The notes beneath the pieces are model-generated. The model had not been told where the DNA came from. It saw only the letters and a list, made by a program, of their open reading frames with translations, and made no database searches. Shown in pieces: positions 50,738 to 63,720 of a stretch of 64,000 nt of DNA. Origin of the DNA: Lama guanicoe. Its lineage: Eukaryota. Each line of letters starts with the position of its first letter. The first letter of the stretch is position 1. The DNA is taken from assembly GCA_013239625.1 (NCBI GenBank), contig MU054187.1:11057231-11121230 (forward strand). Reading direction: 5' to 3'. The translations under genes were made by a program, and so were the position numbers.

Positions 50738-51661
50738 CAATGGGACGAATTGTGTGCCTCAAAAACATATGATAAAGTCCTAACCTGGTACCTGCGAGTG
50801 TGACCTTATTTGGAAAAAAAGAGTCTTTGAAGATGTGTATCCAAGTTAAGATCAGGCCATTAGGGTGGGAACTAATCCAAAATGACTCGTGTCTTAATGA
50901 GAAGAGGGGAATTTGGATACAGAGAAACACAGGGAGAATATCACATGATGATGGAGTCGGGGAGAGATGCACCTACAAGCCGAGGCACCTGCGGAGCTAG
51001 GAGAGAGATGTAAGAGGGAAGAACAAGGCTGACTCCGTATTGGAGCTACTTCATTTTACCATAACCTTTATATTCTACTGCTTTTGCTACAAGCTATTCA
51101 CTAAAGGGGTGTGGTGGATAGCTTAAAATATAATAGCCCCCTCTGAGAACCCTGCCCCTCCATGCCTGGATGTTGAACTAAAATACCTTTGTTCAGCTCA
51201 TAGGAAATGTTCGCAGCCCACCGGTCAACAGTTGCAGGAAGGAAGAAATTAACACATCCCCTCCAGGAGTCTGGCTGAAACCAGGAAAAATCTGCAACAA
51301 CTTATGTTCTTTATATTTTACCTCCTCACTTCCCTAGTCTTTGTTCCATAAAAGAAACTAGCATCCAGACCCCCGCAAGATGGTTCTCTAGGATGTTAGT
51401 CTGCTATCTTCTCGGTCTGCTGGCTTTCCAGAAAAAGTTGTTATTCCTTGCCGCCAACACCTTTCTCCTGTGAGCAGAACAAGTGTGGGTGTGGCAACGG
51501 CGACAGGGAACGATTCTCCCTCACAGTCCTCAGAAGGAATCAACACTATTGATACTTTGATTTCAGACTTCCAGCCTCCAAAACTGTAACAGTAAGTTTC
51601 CATTCTTTTAAGTCACATAATTTATAGTGCTTTGTAACAGCTGACCTGAGAAACTAATACA
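50738..51661 (+). mobile_element. MLT1C/D MaLR LTR split by a nested LTR
   Basis: gaattgtgtgcctcaaaa...gtgaccttatttggaa...; resumes gattctccctcacagtcctcagaaggaatcaac...aaactaataca. Confidence 0.9.
51009..51499 (+). mobile_element. ERV1-type solo LTR nested in MLT1
   Basis: Starts tgtaagagggaagaacaagg; TATA-like ccataaaag; ends ggcaacg; degenerate TSD gaga/gcga. Confidence 0.8.
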
Positions 51662-53364
51662 CTCACTGAACTGAGTAAGATTGGAGTCTGCATTCCTGTA
51701 TGTTGCAGGGAGCGAGGCAGGGAAAGGGTGGTTCTTTGTGTTTGCACTGAGTCTTTTCTATCAAAAATCATGTTGTCACTTAACAGTTGACTGGTTCTTG
51801 ACTTTTTTATTTTCCAAATTGCAGCTTTGTGTTTCCTTTTTAATCCCAAAGCTTAAGGATAGACAGCTACAGTACTTATCACGAAGCAGGGAAGAAAAAA
51901 CATCCCAAACTTTGACCAAGCAAAAGAGCACTTTTCCTGCAAAATAAACCATGATCATAAAAACAAAACAAAAATCAAACTGGTCATGGGGATGAAAACC
52001 TGATTATTTGGTGAACTTTTAAAAAATGTGGTCAGCTAATTATGTGGGTATCATCTGGGCCAAAATCTTCCAGTCCTATGGTCCTATGTTCTATTAGGTA
52101 CTTCTAAATGGCCAACTTTTGAAAACACTTTATGATGAAATTTGATTTTGTTTGTGCACACAGATCCATGCAATAGGAGAACTTTTAAAGCTGTATTCTT
52201 TACTACAGTTGTGAGACTAAAAGAAGAAAAACAGGAGAAAGTGGTAAAGCGCATCTTTAAAAAAAGAAAAGAAAAGAAAAATTAAAAGAGAAAAGCTTAG
52301 CATAGTGGCTAAATTAATTTTTTCTCTGCTTGGTTTCATGTACCATTCATACTGATTTGCTCTTTGGTGACTGAATTTGATGTCTTATGTCTGCAGTACG
52401 TGCTCCAGAGTGACTCGGGCGTTACTCCTGTGGTCCAGCCAGGACCAAAGTGAAACAAATCTTGTTCCTTTACGAAATTAAAGCACAAGAAACAGAGGAT
52501 GAGGCCATCGGTCCTGACAAAGTGAAGACTCAAGTTTTCCTAGAAGAGTTATCCCAGGGAATTAAACTCAGCCCAAAAGAAGTTTATCTGCTGTTCACAG
52601 CCGTTAAGTTTTGTTGGCAGTGAACTCTTGGCACCATTCAAAGTCTTGTCAGTGGTGGGACAGCTCATTGTTACCCTCTCAACGCCTTCTCTGAGCGCGA
52701 CGTATGGTTCTTTCCTGCTGTATGGTTCTTTCTAGCAGCTGCTCTCATGCTCCCAGGAAGCCTTCCAATTGCTTCAGAGCTGCACCAGGGAACTAGATCT
52801 AGGAATGGAAAAACATTGTCACCCCCATATGCTCCCAAGCTCTCTAATGCCAGAAGCCTGATGTTCAACCCAACAATTCTCTGAAATATCCTAAGACAAT
52901 ATAGTATCCACAGTCACTCATTTAAGGGCAGGTAGGGAGAGATGGGTGGGGGTGAGAGATATGAATATTTAAGGAAACATAGGAATTTGAACAAGATTTT
53001 ATTTCTTAAAGAAATATAAAATATTGGAGCTCAAACACATTCCAAAATAAGATCAGGAATAATAAAATTTTACTCAAAATATGATGCATGTGTTTTCCAG
53101 TTAGTATTGAGACAAGATTAGATGATCTAAAAAGGAAAGGAAAAGACTTGAGTGACCAAGAAAGACAAAGTAGAATGGAGAGAAGGGAAATCAAGAGGGC
53201 ATACAGAGAAGGAGAGAAATGGAGAACAAAGGAGAAATGAATCGGCTCAGTACATTTTGAGGTGAGTGTTTGTTGACTTATTTGGGTTACACAGAGTTAT
53301 CTGATCTTCTGCAATGTTCATTAACTGATTAGTCATTGCCCACAACTTTTACTTCTTAACCTTA

Positions 53365-53535
53365 AACCTGAGGTTCTGAGCACACATTGTAACCACATGG
53401 AAGTTTAAAAAATACCCATGTCTGGATCTCACCCCAGAGATTCTTTTTCATTTGATCTGGGTACAGCCTGCAATTGTGGTTTTTTTAAAGCTCCACAGAT
53501 GAATCTAAAGTGTAGCCGAGGTTGAGGTTACTGCC
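53365..53535. mobile_element. MER5A hAT-Charlie
   Basis: tttaaaaaatacccatgtctgg...ccccagagattct...ttttaaagctccacagatgaatctaa. Confidence 0.8.
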
Positions 53536-53629
53536 ATGAAGCTCCCATGACTGACAAAACCCGAGTCTCCTCCTCCAAAATAAGGAACAAACAGCTCCCC
53601 CAGCGTGGTGGCATCCACCCGTATTTTAG

Positions 53630-53810
53630 ACCCGTGGCTCTCAAAACAAGACGTGCGGCAATATCCCTATGGAACTTTTTGTGAATATCAATTTCTGATC
53701 CCCACTTCAGTGATTCGCATTCAGTAGCTTTTCAGGTTATGCTTGAACATTTGTGTTTTGAAAACCCTTCACAGGTAGCTCTGAGTAAAACAAGTATATA
53801 AAATCAGTGA
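53630..53810. mobile_element. MER5B-like remnant
   Basis: gtggctctcaaa...gattcgcattcagtag...tgtgttttgaaaacccttcacaggt. Confidence 0.55.
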
Positions 53811-53887
53811 CTTCAATATGCAAAGTTCAATTCACTCAGACGGTGATAGTCAGGAAAGTATGAGAAGAAGACACAGCCTTGATGAGA

Positions 53888-54320
53888 TGTCTAAGTTTGC
53901 CAAGGCTGCCATGATGAAGTACCACAGCTTAGACAACAGACACGTATTATTTCACAATTCTGGAGGCTGGAAGTTCAAGATCACCGTGTCAGCGTGATCT
54001 GGTTCCTTTTGAGGGTGGTGAGGGTCAGTCCATCCCATGCCTCTCCCTTCGCTTCTGGGGGTTTGCTGGTCATCTTTGGCTTTCTTTGCTTTATAGATCT
54101 CTGCTTTCCTCTTCTCATGGAGTTCTCCTTGTGTACATGCCGGTGTCCAAATTTCCTTTTTATAAGAACACCAGTTAAATGGATTAGGGCCCATCTTAAT
54201 GATCTCATTTTAACTAATTAACTCCATCAAGACCCTATCTCCAAACAAGGTCACTTTCTGAGGTACCAGGGGTTAGGACTTCAACACAAATTTTGGGAGG
54301 ACACAATTCAACTGGTAACA
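53888..54320 (-). mobile_element. MLT1C/B MaLR solo LTR
   Basis: ggctgccatgatgaagtaccaca...ttctggaggctggaagttcaagatc...ccaaacaaggtcactttctgaggt...ggacacaattcaac. Confidence 0.92.
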
Positions 54321-56779
54321 TCAGATGTCTGTTTTTTTCCTCCCAAAATACATGGGCATTGGTAACATCTGCATTGTCAATTCTCAAGGAATTAGAATTC
54401 AATAAAATATAAGTAATGTAAATTGTCCTGAAGCCCACAGAAATCCTACTTGTGATCATAAAGACTAGAAATTGATCCTGCAGTTCACCCATTGAGCATT
54501 CTGAGCAGATAAAACTGCATTTATGGCATTTTACAATTGCTTCTCTATCTGCAGAATATCCATGAGGACTTTATAATGTAGTAAATTTTAAGGATGCTCT
54601 GGCTCCGAGACATTTTAAAACTAAGATGATGGTGACAGAAGAGTGTTATCTGATACTAAAAATATCAAGCTTTTTCCTAATGAAAAGGTTTCTATGGCCC
54701 ATGAGTTCTTGAGATAAATTTTGTAGAGAAATCCATAATTCTGAGAGTAAGAGATATTCTTTGTGATTCTTCAGTTATCAAGCCCATTTGGGCTCATATA
54801 TTCTTTATTGCTTCTCTGTCTTTGAGAGCTGAATATCAGGTCTTTGGACACATATGGTCATCTGAGATAGTGAGATTTGACCTCAACAGTCAGCAAACCA
54901 CCTCGTTGACTAAACTGATCCTTTTAAAAATAATATAGAACATTCTCTCTCACTCTACAATTTCTAACCAGAATTCTACTTTTTTGGAAAAAAAAAATGA
55001 GACCCTGTCAACTAGTCTAACTAGCATAAAGTCTGGATAAATTGGATAAATTTATTCAAGACTGTTTCAGCACACCAGTGCTTCATGACTTTTCAGGGGT
55101 AAATGGGAAAATAACGTCACTATATCAGTACAGAGGAGTATCTAGGTCCTGCACGTTCAAGGTAGACAAATCATTACATTTGAGAATTCGACAAATGAAG
55201 GAACCCACTGAAAGTGCTTGTATTTTACCTTGGCTCTGGGAGAGAAGGAAAGCTAAGGGGGAAATAACAGATGAAATTAAGTAAGAACTAGTTTTGTGGA
55301 AGTTTCACCAAGAACCGTCATCATTTGCTCACGTGGGAAAGGATGTTAGAGCAAGAGGCCTTAGAGAAGAAGAAATGAACAGACGAGCCAGAACAATAAA
55401 CAGTGGGATTTGAGTTTGTTCTGGTTTCTTTTACAATGTCTCTTTGGGGACTTTGCTTTAAGGTGGAGTTCTGTCTTAAGCATGTGCCTCCCTGAAGATA
55501 GGGAACAAGGGGTGCGTGAGTGTGTGATTGTTGGATTGTGTGACTGTTGCCTTTCTCTGATACACAAAAGCAGCAGAACTTATATGCACATATTTTCCAG
55601 AAACGAACCCAGGATTGTGGGGATGTTTTGGCTGAGAACCTCAGTGGGGATGTGGAAAGCAAACAGAATAAGGTTAGCTGAAGGTTAAGCTGCGTTGTCT
55701 TGATGTAGTAATGTTGTCTTTAGAACAAATTAGCTCCCTGGGACTTGGTGACACAGTGGAGTATTAAACCCTTTTTTACAAAAAGAACACGTGCAGGTTG
55801 TTTCTAGCTTGAAAAATGCCAGTGAAAAATTACACAAAGATCGAGCTTGAAAAATGTTTACTTTGCAGAAAATCATTTAAAAATGGAATCTCAATTTTGT
55901 TGGCAGCTCAGTTTTTAAAAAGGGCTATTTATTCTCTAGTCCTGCTGCATATGGTTTGTGCCGTTTACAGCATGTATTGAAACTGCATGAACTTGAGCAC
56001 CTTAGGGAATGTTTGTTTTTGTTTTTTAAAAAGTGGTTGGACTGAAATTCAGTATGAATCATGTAAGAGAGATTTAGAAGCACGTGAAGATGAATGTTTC
56101 CCATGCGACACCGGACAGCACATCTGGAAGGTGATCTTACGTAAATAAATACCTGAAAAGACCATGGTTTTAACAGATATCAGTAAAGAAGAGGATTGCA
56201 TTTCTTTTCCCCAATTTGAGAAGAAAATAGGGTTTTCATATTTTTTAAAAAAGGAGAATCTTCTCATGCAAATTTCTGGAACCTCCATTAGTGTAGAAAT
56301 AGTCCTACAATTTATTCTTTCACTCATTAATTTACTTCCTCATTTGCTCCACAAACATTCCTGCCAAAGAGTGCTGTTACTCTGCTATACTCTATAGATA
56401 TAAAAATGAGTAAGACACACCACTTGCCATAAAATATTTTCTACGTTAGTCATCAAGAAGTCATTTTTAAGTATGTGACTGTCATGCATGTCACCTGATG
56501 CTCCCCAACATAATTATACATATTAAGATCCTACTATAATCTAAAGAATTATTGCTAACAGCTACCCAGTCTTGTGAATAATTTCTCTTTTCTCGTTAAC
56601 ATTATTTAAGAAATTTTACATTTACTGCCTCCCTGTTGCCAGGCACAATTTCAGTATCACTTGGTAATCCTTAACATGTAGTTTTTATTCCTGTTAAAAA
56701 TATAAAATATTCATCAAGTGAAATACAGTTTCATTTCAGGCTTAAACAAGAGACTCTTCCAGTTTTGTTCCTTCCTAAT

Positions 56780-57380
56780 CTTTCTTTTTTTCATTTAAGA
56801 CTGTTTTTAGAGCAGTCTTAGTTCACAACAAATTGAAAGGAGGGTGTAAGGATCGCCCACATACTCTCTACCCAACACATGCACAGCCTCCCCCATTATC
56901 AACATCCCTCACCAGAATAGGGCATTTGTGACCAAGGATGACCTATACTGACACATCATCATCAACCAAAGCCCATGGTTCACCTTAAAGTTGACTCTTG
57001 GTGTACATTTTCTGGGCTTGTATAATGTCATTTCCCCATCATTATAATATTGTACAGAGTATTCTTGCTGCCCCCCAAATCCTCTGTGCTTGTCTTATTC
57101 CTCCCTCCCCCCAATCTCACCCCTGCCAACCACTGATCTTTTCATTGTCTCTATATATCAGATGGTATGTAGCCTTTTCAGATTGGCTTCTTTCACTGAG
57201 TAATGTATTTTGAGGTTCCCTCATGTTTTTTCATGTCTTGATAGCTCATTTCTTTTTAGTGCTGAATAATACTCCATTGCCTGGATGTACCACATTTTAT
57301 CCATTGGTTTGCATGGACGTAAGTTTTCCACTCATTTGGGTAAAAACCAAGAAACAGAGTTGCTGGAAGAGTAACAAGAG
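56780..57380 (-). mobile_element. L1MC1-like 3' end
   Basis: tttttagagcagtctta...acatgcacagcctcccccattatcaacatcc...tcagattggcttctttcactgagtaat. Confidence 0.88.
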
Positions 57381-59089
57381 TAATATTAACATAATTAACA
57401 TAGTATATTTTTTTTAAATGTCAGATCCATCTGAAAGCCTGTAATAGGTTCTTTCTGTAAAATCTGTAATAGGTTCTTTTCTAGTGTGTCTATGTTTGAG
57501 AATACTGTAAAGCCTTTTACTGTAGCTTATTATTTTTCATATTTTTATTAAGAAATTAAAATTAATAGAGTTAGGTCTACTATTCTTGAAAGTGTGGGAT
57601 TCAACCTCAGGGTCAAGATTAAAACAGTAACCATATGACTCTACAATCTTGTTCTAAACTATGCTATCTATTTTTCCCCGCATCCCTGCCATTTTACAGT
57701 AAGCATTTGTTCATTGAATTATTCATTCAACAAACTGTCCCTTATTGGTTCTCACAATAAATTAGCTGAATGAATTAAATATTAAATTTATTGACATAGT
57801 TATCCAGTGCTTACCTATAGATACTACTCAGAAAAATAAGAATCTAAAGCAGATTCTCTGTCTACTGGCAATTTCCTCCATATGAGTTTTGCTCTATGTG
57901 TCTATAAATTTAGTATCATAACATAATTTAATTAAGTTAGGATTTATTTCTTGAAATTAAGATTATTTTATTTCCAAAGAAAGTGGGGGAAAAAAAAACC
58001 AAATATTGGGTTGTTCTTTATTTTGTGCTTTTCTAATGAAGCAGAGAAAGCGGGACTTCATTTAGATTTAAACTTTAAAAATGAATCATTTCTGATCAAA
58101 TTTCTCTTTTGCCACCTAGAAAAAATTTAAATGGCAAGATTTCTGATTTCTAATGGTAAGTATGAAATTCAGAAATCTTTCTGAGAAAGAGTGGAGCGAA
58201 TAAAATAGAATATTAATATAAAGTATAGGAGAAAGATTGAACTGAAGATGAAAATTTGAGATTATAAATTATTCATAAAACCAAGAAAACAGTCTCTCTC
58301 AGCCTACAAGTTGGTTCAAAATGGGAAAAATAACCAGAACCTTAGAGAACGTCAATGTTTATTGTGTAGATAAATGTCCTCTGAATTAACCCTACTTTAA
58401 GTGAATGCCATCCTTTTATGGATATTTAGAGTCCCTGGTTCTCCAGGGCCTAATGTCCTAAAATTTCTAGCTAAAAATTTTATTTAGACACTAATTCTGC
58501 TGCATTTCTTCTATTATCAGTGCAAAGGTGTGAGATCTCCAAAATTTTATTCTTACCCACTTATTTATAAAGAATAACACAGGTAGTTTCATTTTTACAT
58601 TACTAATAACCTGCTTTTCAAATTGTTAATACTTTTTTATTTTTGAATTGTTCTAAATGATCAGAAAAACATCTACAAACTTGGGCAGCTACATACCCAC
58701 ACAGGACAGAACTGGATATAAGAATGAGCGACCTTCCACTGGACACCTGGGGCCAGCTCTGATTTTGAGAATTAATTCCCACACGGAATGTGTTTCATTG
58801 AATTCCATTAACACAGTAGTGAATTATACAAAGTAGTACATTAGAGAGTTTAATGATCAGAGTTTACCTGAAAATTCTAAAATCATTGAGCTGAAGCAGA
58901 AAACAATAAACTAAATAGCAAGTTTTTTACATTCAATCATTTAGTTTTTAGTTACATTTCAAATTATGTACATAAATGCATGTACACATTGCACGTTTAC
59001 TGATGCCTTTGAGATACTGTTTCGCAAAACACAAAGCAGGTTCAAAAAGGACTTGGTAGAGTATTTGTCACAGAGGAAGATCAGATAAT

Positions 59090-59270
59090 ATTCCTTGTTG
59101 TTTGTTGAGCTCTCTGCACGCATTGTCTGCTTTAATACTGTCCAGCCTATGAATATGCTACTATTGCTACTATTTTAGAGATAGAAAATGAAAGATAAAA
59201 ACGCTAAACAATTTTTTCTTTGCTTACACACTTCTGCCAGTGCTGGGAGTGCCTTTCAAGTCTTGTGATG
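59090..59270 (-). mobile_element. MIR SINE, decayed
   Basis: tttgttgagctct...tattttagagatagaaaatga. Confidence 0.45.
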
Positions 59271-60144
59271 CCAAGTGTCTCTTAAAGTAAAGGTTTTTAT
59301 TAGCATCCACTAAGTAGAAGGCTCAAAATGCAAATAGAGGTTGCTTGGATTCTAATACATTCTTCTTGAGAAACAATATGTCTCAGGTTTTAATAATCAT
59401 TCAGATTAAAATTAGACCACCTTATAATCTTATTTCAGCTAATGATACATGAAGTCACTTCCCGTTACAGCAGTCATTTTCATAAATGCCAGTATTTATG
59501 TTTCCAGTATAGAAAAAATCACAGCCCTCTTAGTTTCAATGTACTCAAATTTAGCGCTAGGTTGCCAGATGAAACCCTGAGAAGCACCTGGCCACCTACC
59601 TTCATTCAAATACCAATAAAATTTAGAGCCTTAAAAACGCCATCACCTTGTTTGACTGCACTGAACTGTGAAACCTGGGAGAATGTAGAAACCAGAACAG
59701 GCTGCTAAAATGAAGTCATCTTGCTGAAGGGACAATTTGTAATGGTAGACTGTGCCGACAGGTCTACCAGCCTATAGTCTAAAGTCGGGGTGCATATCTG
59801 AGCTCAAAATAGACCCTGTGTGTGACAAAAACAGCATTATTCTCAACAGTTGAGGGTCCTTGATGAATGTTGCTTCTCCAAACTCTGGAAAATTAAAATT
59901 GAGGCCCTTTGGGAAGGTCTATTCATGTAGTATGCTCTGTTTTCTTAAAGAAATGATGATGTAGATAGAATGGTCTACACGTGCTTGCTGAACATGGAGA
60001 ACTATCTCTGTCTTTATTTTCCAAATTAAAAAAAACAAAACAAAACAATATATGGTCTGATACAGTTTTTTGAGGTTTTTTGTTTTTTGAGGTTTGTTTT
60101 GTTTGTTTCCTGATCATTAACAAGATTTATTTTCCTGAATTAAT

Positions 60145-60838
60145 TCTTTTTTTTAACTTTTTTATTGATTTATAATCATTTTACAATGTTGTGTCAAATT
60201 CCAGTGTAGAGCACAATTTTTCGGTTATAGATGAACATATATATATTCATTGTCACTTTTTTTCTTCATGAGCTGCCATAAGATCTTGTATATACTTCCC
60301 TGTGCTTACAGTATAATCTTGTTTATCTATTCTACAATTTTGAAATCCGAGTCTATCCCTTCCCACCCTCTGCCCCCCTGGCAACCACAAGTCTGTATTC
60401 TCTGTCTATGAGTCTATTTCTGTCCTGTATTTATGCTTTGTTTTTGTTTGTTTGTTTTTGTTTTTGTTTTTTAGATTCCACATATGAGCGATCTCATATG
60501 GTACTTTTCTTTCTCTTTCTGGTTTACTTCACTTAGAATGACATTCTCCAGGAACATCCATGTAGCTGCAAGTGGCGTTAAGTTGTCAGTTTTTATGGCT
60601 GAGTAGTATTCCATTGTATAAATATACCGCATCTTCTTTATTCAGTCATCTGTCGATGTTTAAACAACAATTCAGGCTGTTTCCATGTCTTGGCTATTGT
60701 AAATAGTGCTGCTATGAACATTGGGGGGCAGGTGTCATTTTGGAATAGGGTTCCTTCTGGATATATGCCCAGGAGCGGGATTCCTGGGTCATATGGTTAA
60801 TCTATTCCTAGTCTTTTGAGGAATCTCCATACTGTTTT
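60145..60838 (-). mobile_element. Young camelid-type L1 3' end (3'UTR plus end of ORF2)
   Basis: tttattgatttataatcattttacaatgttgtgtcaaattccagtg...tagattccacatatgagcg...gtgctgctatgaacattggg...aggaatctccatactgttt; CpGs retained. Confidence 0.92.
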
Positions 60839-61360
60839 GCCCCTCCTACCTTCTCTCTCCCCACTGGTAACCAATATTATTGATAAAGAAAACAATTTTC
60901 AAAGGAGCAAATTTACTTTCTTTTGGACATCTAACTTCCACATGGTAGAAACCAGGTAGTTTCAAAATCAAATTTGCTTTATTCCAAAGTGAATTACCCT
61001 TCAGTGAAATAATGGAGTGTTTTTAGTTACTGTAGTTATAAAAATAAGACTTGAGGCAGACCAAAATAGGTTACAACTTGTTCAGAAATATCCTACAAGT
61101 TCCAGAAGTATCCTAGAAAACAAAGCTCCTCATGAAATGTGGTGAAAATGGGAAAATACTTTTCTGCTCCAGAATATAGTTTATAGTAAAACATGCAGTT
61201 GTAAATAATATGTAGTATTACCCTCGTAGATTCTCCAGCAAAGGAAATGTGTAAATTTTAGCAGTGCTCTCACGGATGAAGAAAGAGATCTGGCGATCCA
61301 CCTAGCTACATGTTTGCAAACATTGCACCTGCCTTGATAAGTTTATTTCTGTATATGCAA

Positions 61361-61859
61361 GTATCAGTCAGGGCTCAGTTGGAGAAGCAGGATCAGTAGG
61401 AGATGAAAGAGAGAGGGAGAGGTGTGTTGCAAGAATTTGACTTTATGCTATTTTGGGAGGGGGAGGTGATCAAACATTCTCTGGGAGGATATTTTCTGCA
61501 AAACTGTTACAACTGTTGCTGGAGCTTGAAATCCACAAGGCAGCCAGAGCAGAAGGGAAAATGGATGGAAAGGGGAGGTGATCAAGCTTAAGCTAGACCC
61601 ACACAGATAGACCAAAACCTGTATCAGTTCTTGACGCCTCTGACTGTGATGATGCGGGAGCCTACAGAAGCCAGAGCTCTTCCTCAGGGGGTTAAGCACA
61701 CACACCGGGCTGCCTGTTGCCTCTCACCGTGAGCTGAGTTAACAGACAAGCATCACTTGAGAGCTACAACTGCCGCCTAGTTAACAAATTTTTGTTAAAT
61801 TTCCCCCGTTCAAATAACTAGTGTGGTCTGTCTCCTGACCAGACCCTGACTGATTTACA
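61361..61859. mobile_element. ERVL-type LTR remnants in opposite orientations
   Basis: Begins gtatcagtcagggctcag and ends gtctcctgaccagaccctgactgatttaca. Confidence 0.6.
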
Positions 61860-62428
61860 TAGTGGTTTTATTTCCAGGGTGGATAAAAAAAAATTCTTTA
61901 TACATATCTATGAGTTTCTACAACATAAGGGAAAAAATTACCACACAAGAGAAGAGTAGAAATTCTGGGTTATTGGAAACGGGGGAGGGGGGTGATTTGT
62001 GTTATTGATATAGCCTAGTAAACTGAAAAAAGAAAATAAGAGAACAAAATAGAGGTACACATTTACTCATATGATGAAAGGTCACGGTGTCAAAATAAAG
62101 AACAGATGGGGTCCAAAGGAAATGGATAAACATCAAAAGCTGTAGGTCTAGAAGAAAAATGTAGCAAGCTGAATAAGAGCAGGAACAGGCATAGAATAAA
62201 AGGTATCTGGGCAGTCTAAGAAAAATGTAGACATTTAAAAAAAAGAAGAATTAATATCAGGCTAAATTGATTCTGAAGAAATCTGTTTATTGATATATAT
62301 TGATATACTTGAGAAGTTCTTGCCAAATGCAGAAAAAAGGGGCAATAATGGATATAATAGTAGAGATAACAGGAGATGAAAAATTAAATATAAGAAACTG
62401 CTATTCCTAAAGAAAAGAAAATGAAACA

Positions 62429-62603
62429 CGGCAGGTACAGCTCAGTGGCAGAGCATGTGCTTAGCATGCACGAGGTCCTGGGTCCAGTCACTAGTGCCAC
62501 CATTAAAAAATAAATAAATAAACCTAATTACCTCCCCCCCAAAACAATCAAAGACATTTAAAAAAAAAGAAATTCATTTTAAAAAACATTTTTAAAAATA
62601 ATT
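62429..62603 (+). mobile_element. tRNA-Ala-derived SINE (camelid Vic-1-like, long-tail form)
   Basis: acagctcagtggcagagcatgtgcttagcatgcacgaggtcctggg, then aaataaataaacctaattacctccccccc tail; TSD gaaaatgaaa(a)ca at 62417-62428 and 62604-62616. Confidence 0.88.
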
Positions 62604-63239
62604 GAAAATGAAAACATAATCAGAGATATGTTTTTTAAAATGTTTTATTTTTGAACTAAAAATGTATAGTCCACAATATTTCATCAAAAAATAATTATCA
62701 GAGTAAGAACTAGACATCCTGGAACTAGATGCCAGATGAAAACACTGTTCACAGAGATGTGAAGAGAAAAATCTTACAATTCAAGAATCCTGATTTCAGA
62801 GGTTGTCACTCATGTTGAAAAATCTCAGCGACACAAGGGCCTAGAACTATAAAACACATTTACCCTTCCTTCACAATGAAGTACTCAGAAGTGTACCCAA
62901 GGTAATGAAAAGATTAATCCAAATCAACACTCAGAAATAGGGAAAAGATGCTATGAAATGGCTGCTTGCTGTAACTGAGAACAAAGAAACATGTAGAGTT
63001 ATTGGAATAATTATTAAAGAATTTGAATATAAATTTGAAGGTAAATTTGAAAATGAAACTATCCCCAAAAAATTAATTAGGGGAAAAATGTTACCCTCAT
63101 TACTGCCTACCTTTTCATCAGAGTGTTCAATATCAGATTAAATCAGCATATGTGGGAAAGTGGATAAAGAAAAAGAGAAAATAGAGTGAGTTAAGCTAAA
63201 TGATTTCCCTTACATAAAGCAGATGAAAAATACAGGTAT

Positions 63240-63720
63240 TTTATCACATTTTCTTTATCCATTCATATACGCATATGTATATACACACACACATATTTAT
63301 ACACTTATCAAATGGAATACTGTTCAACAATGGGGAAGAAGGAAGTTCTGCCATTTGCCACAACACGCGTGAAGTTTGAGGGCATTATGCTAAGTGAAGT
63401 AAGTCAGACAGAGAAAAACAAACACTGCGTGATCTCAGTTATATGTGGAATCTAAAGAGATGGAACTCATAAAGACAGAACAGACTGGAGGTTGCCAGAG
63501 GTAGAGGTACAGGGTGGAGTCAACGATGAAGCTGGTCAAAAGGTACAATCTTCCACTTTATAAGTTCTGGGTATAATGTACAGCATGGTGACTATAGTTA
63601 ATAATTTTCTATTGTATATCTGAAAACTGCTAAGAGTAGATCTTAAAAGTTCTCAACAAAGACAAAAATTTGTAACTATGTGAGGTGATGAATGTTAACT
63701 AAATTTATAGTAGTAATCAG
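63240..63720 (+). mobile_element. L1MA9/L1MB-type 3' end with a short 5' inversion
   Basis: aatggaatactg...ggcattatgctaagtgaagtaagtcagacagagaa...atgtacagcatggtgactatagttaataa...gtaactatgtgaggtgatg. Confidence 0.9.

Noticed and set aside
52336..52533. Minus-strand ORF with possible exon boundaries
   Set aside because: Weak AAG acceptor and GTACAT donor; peptide not recognisable
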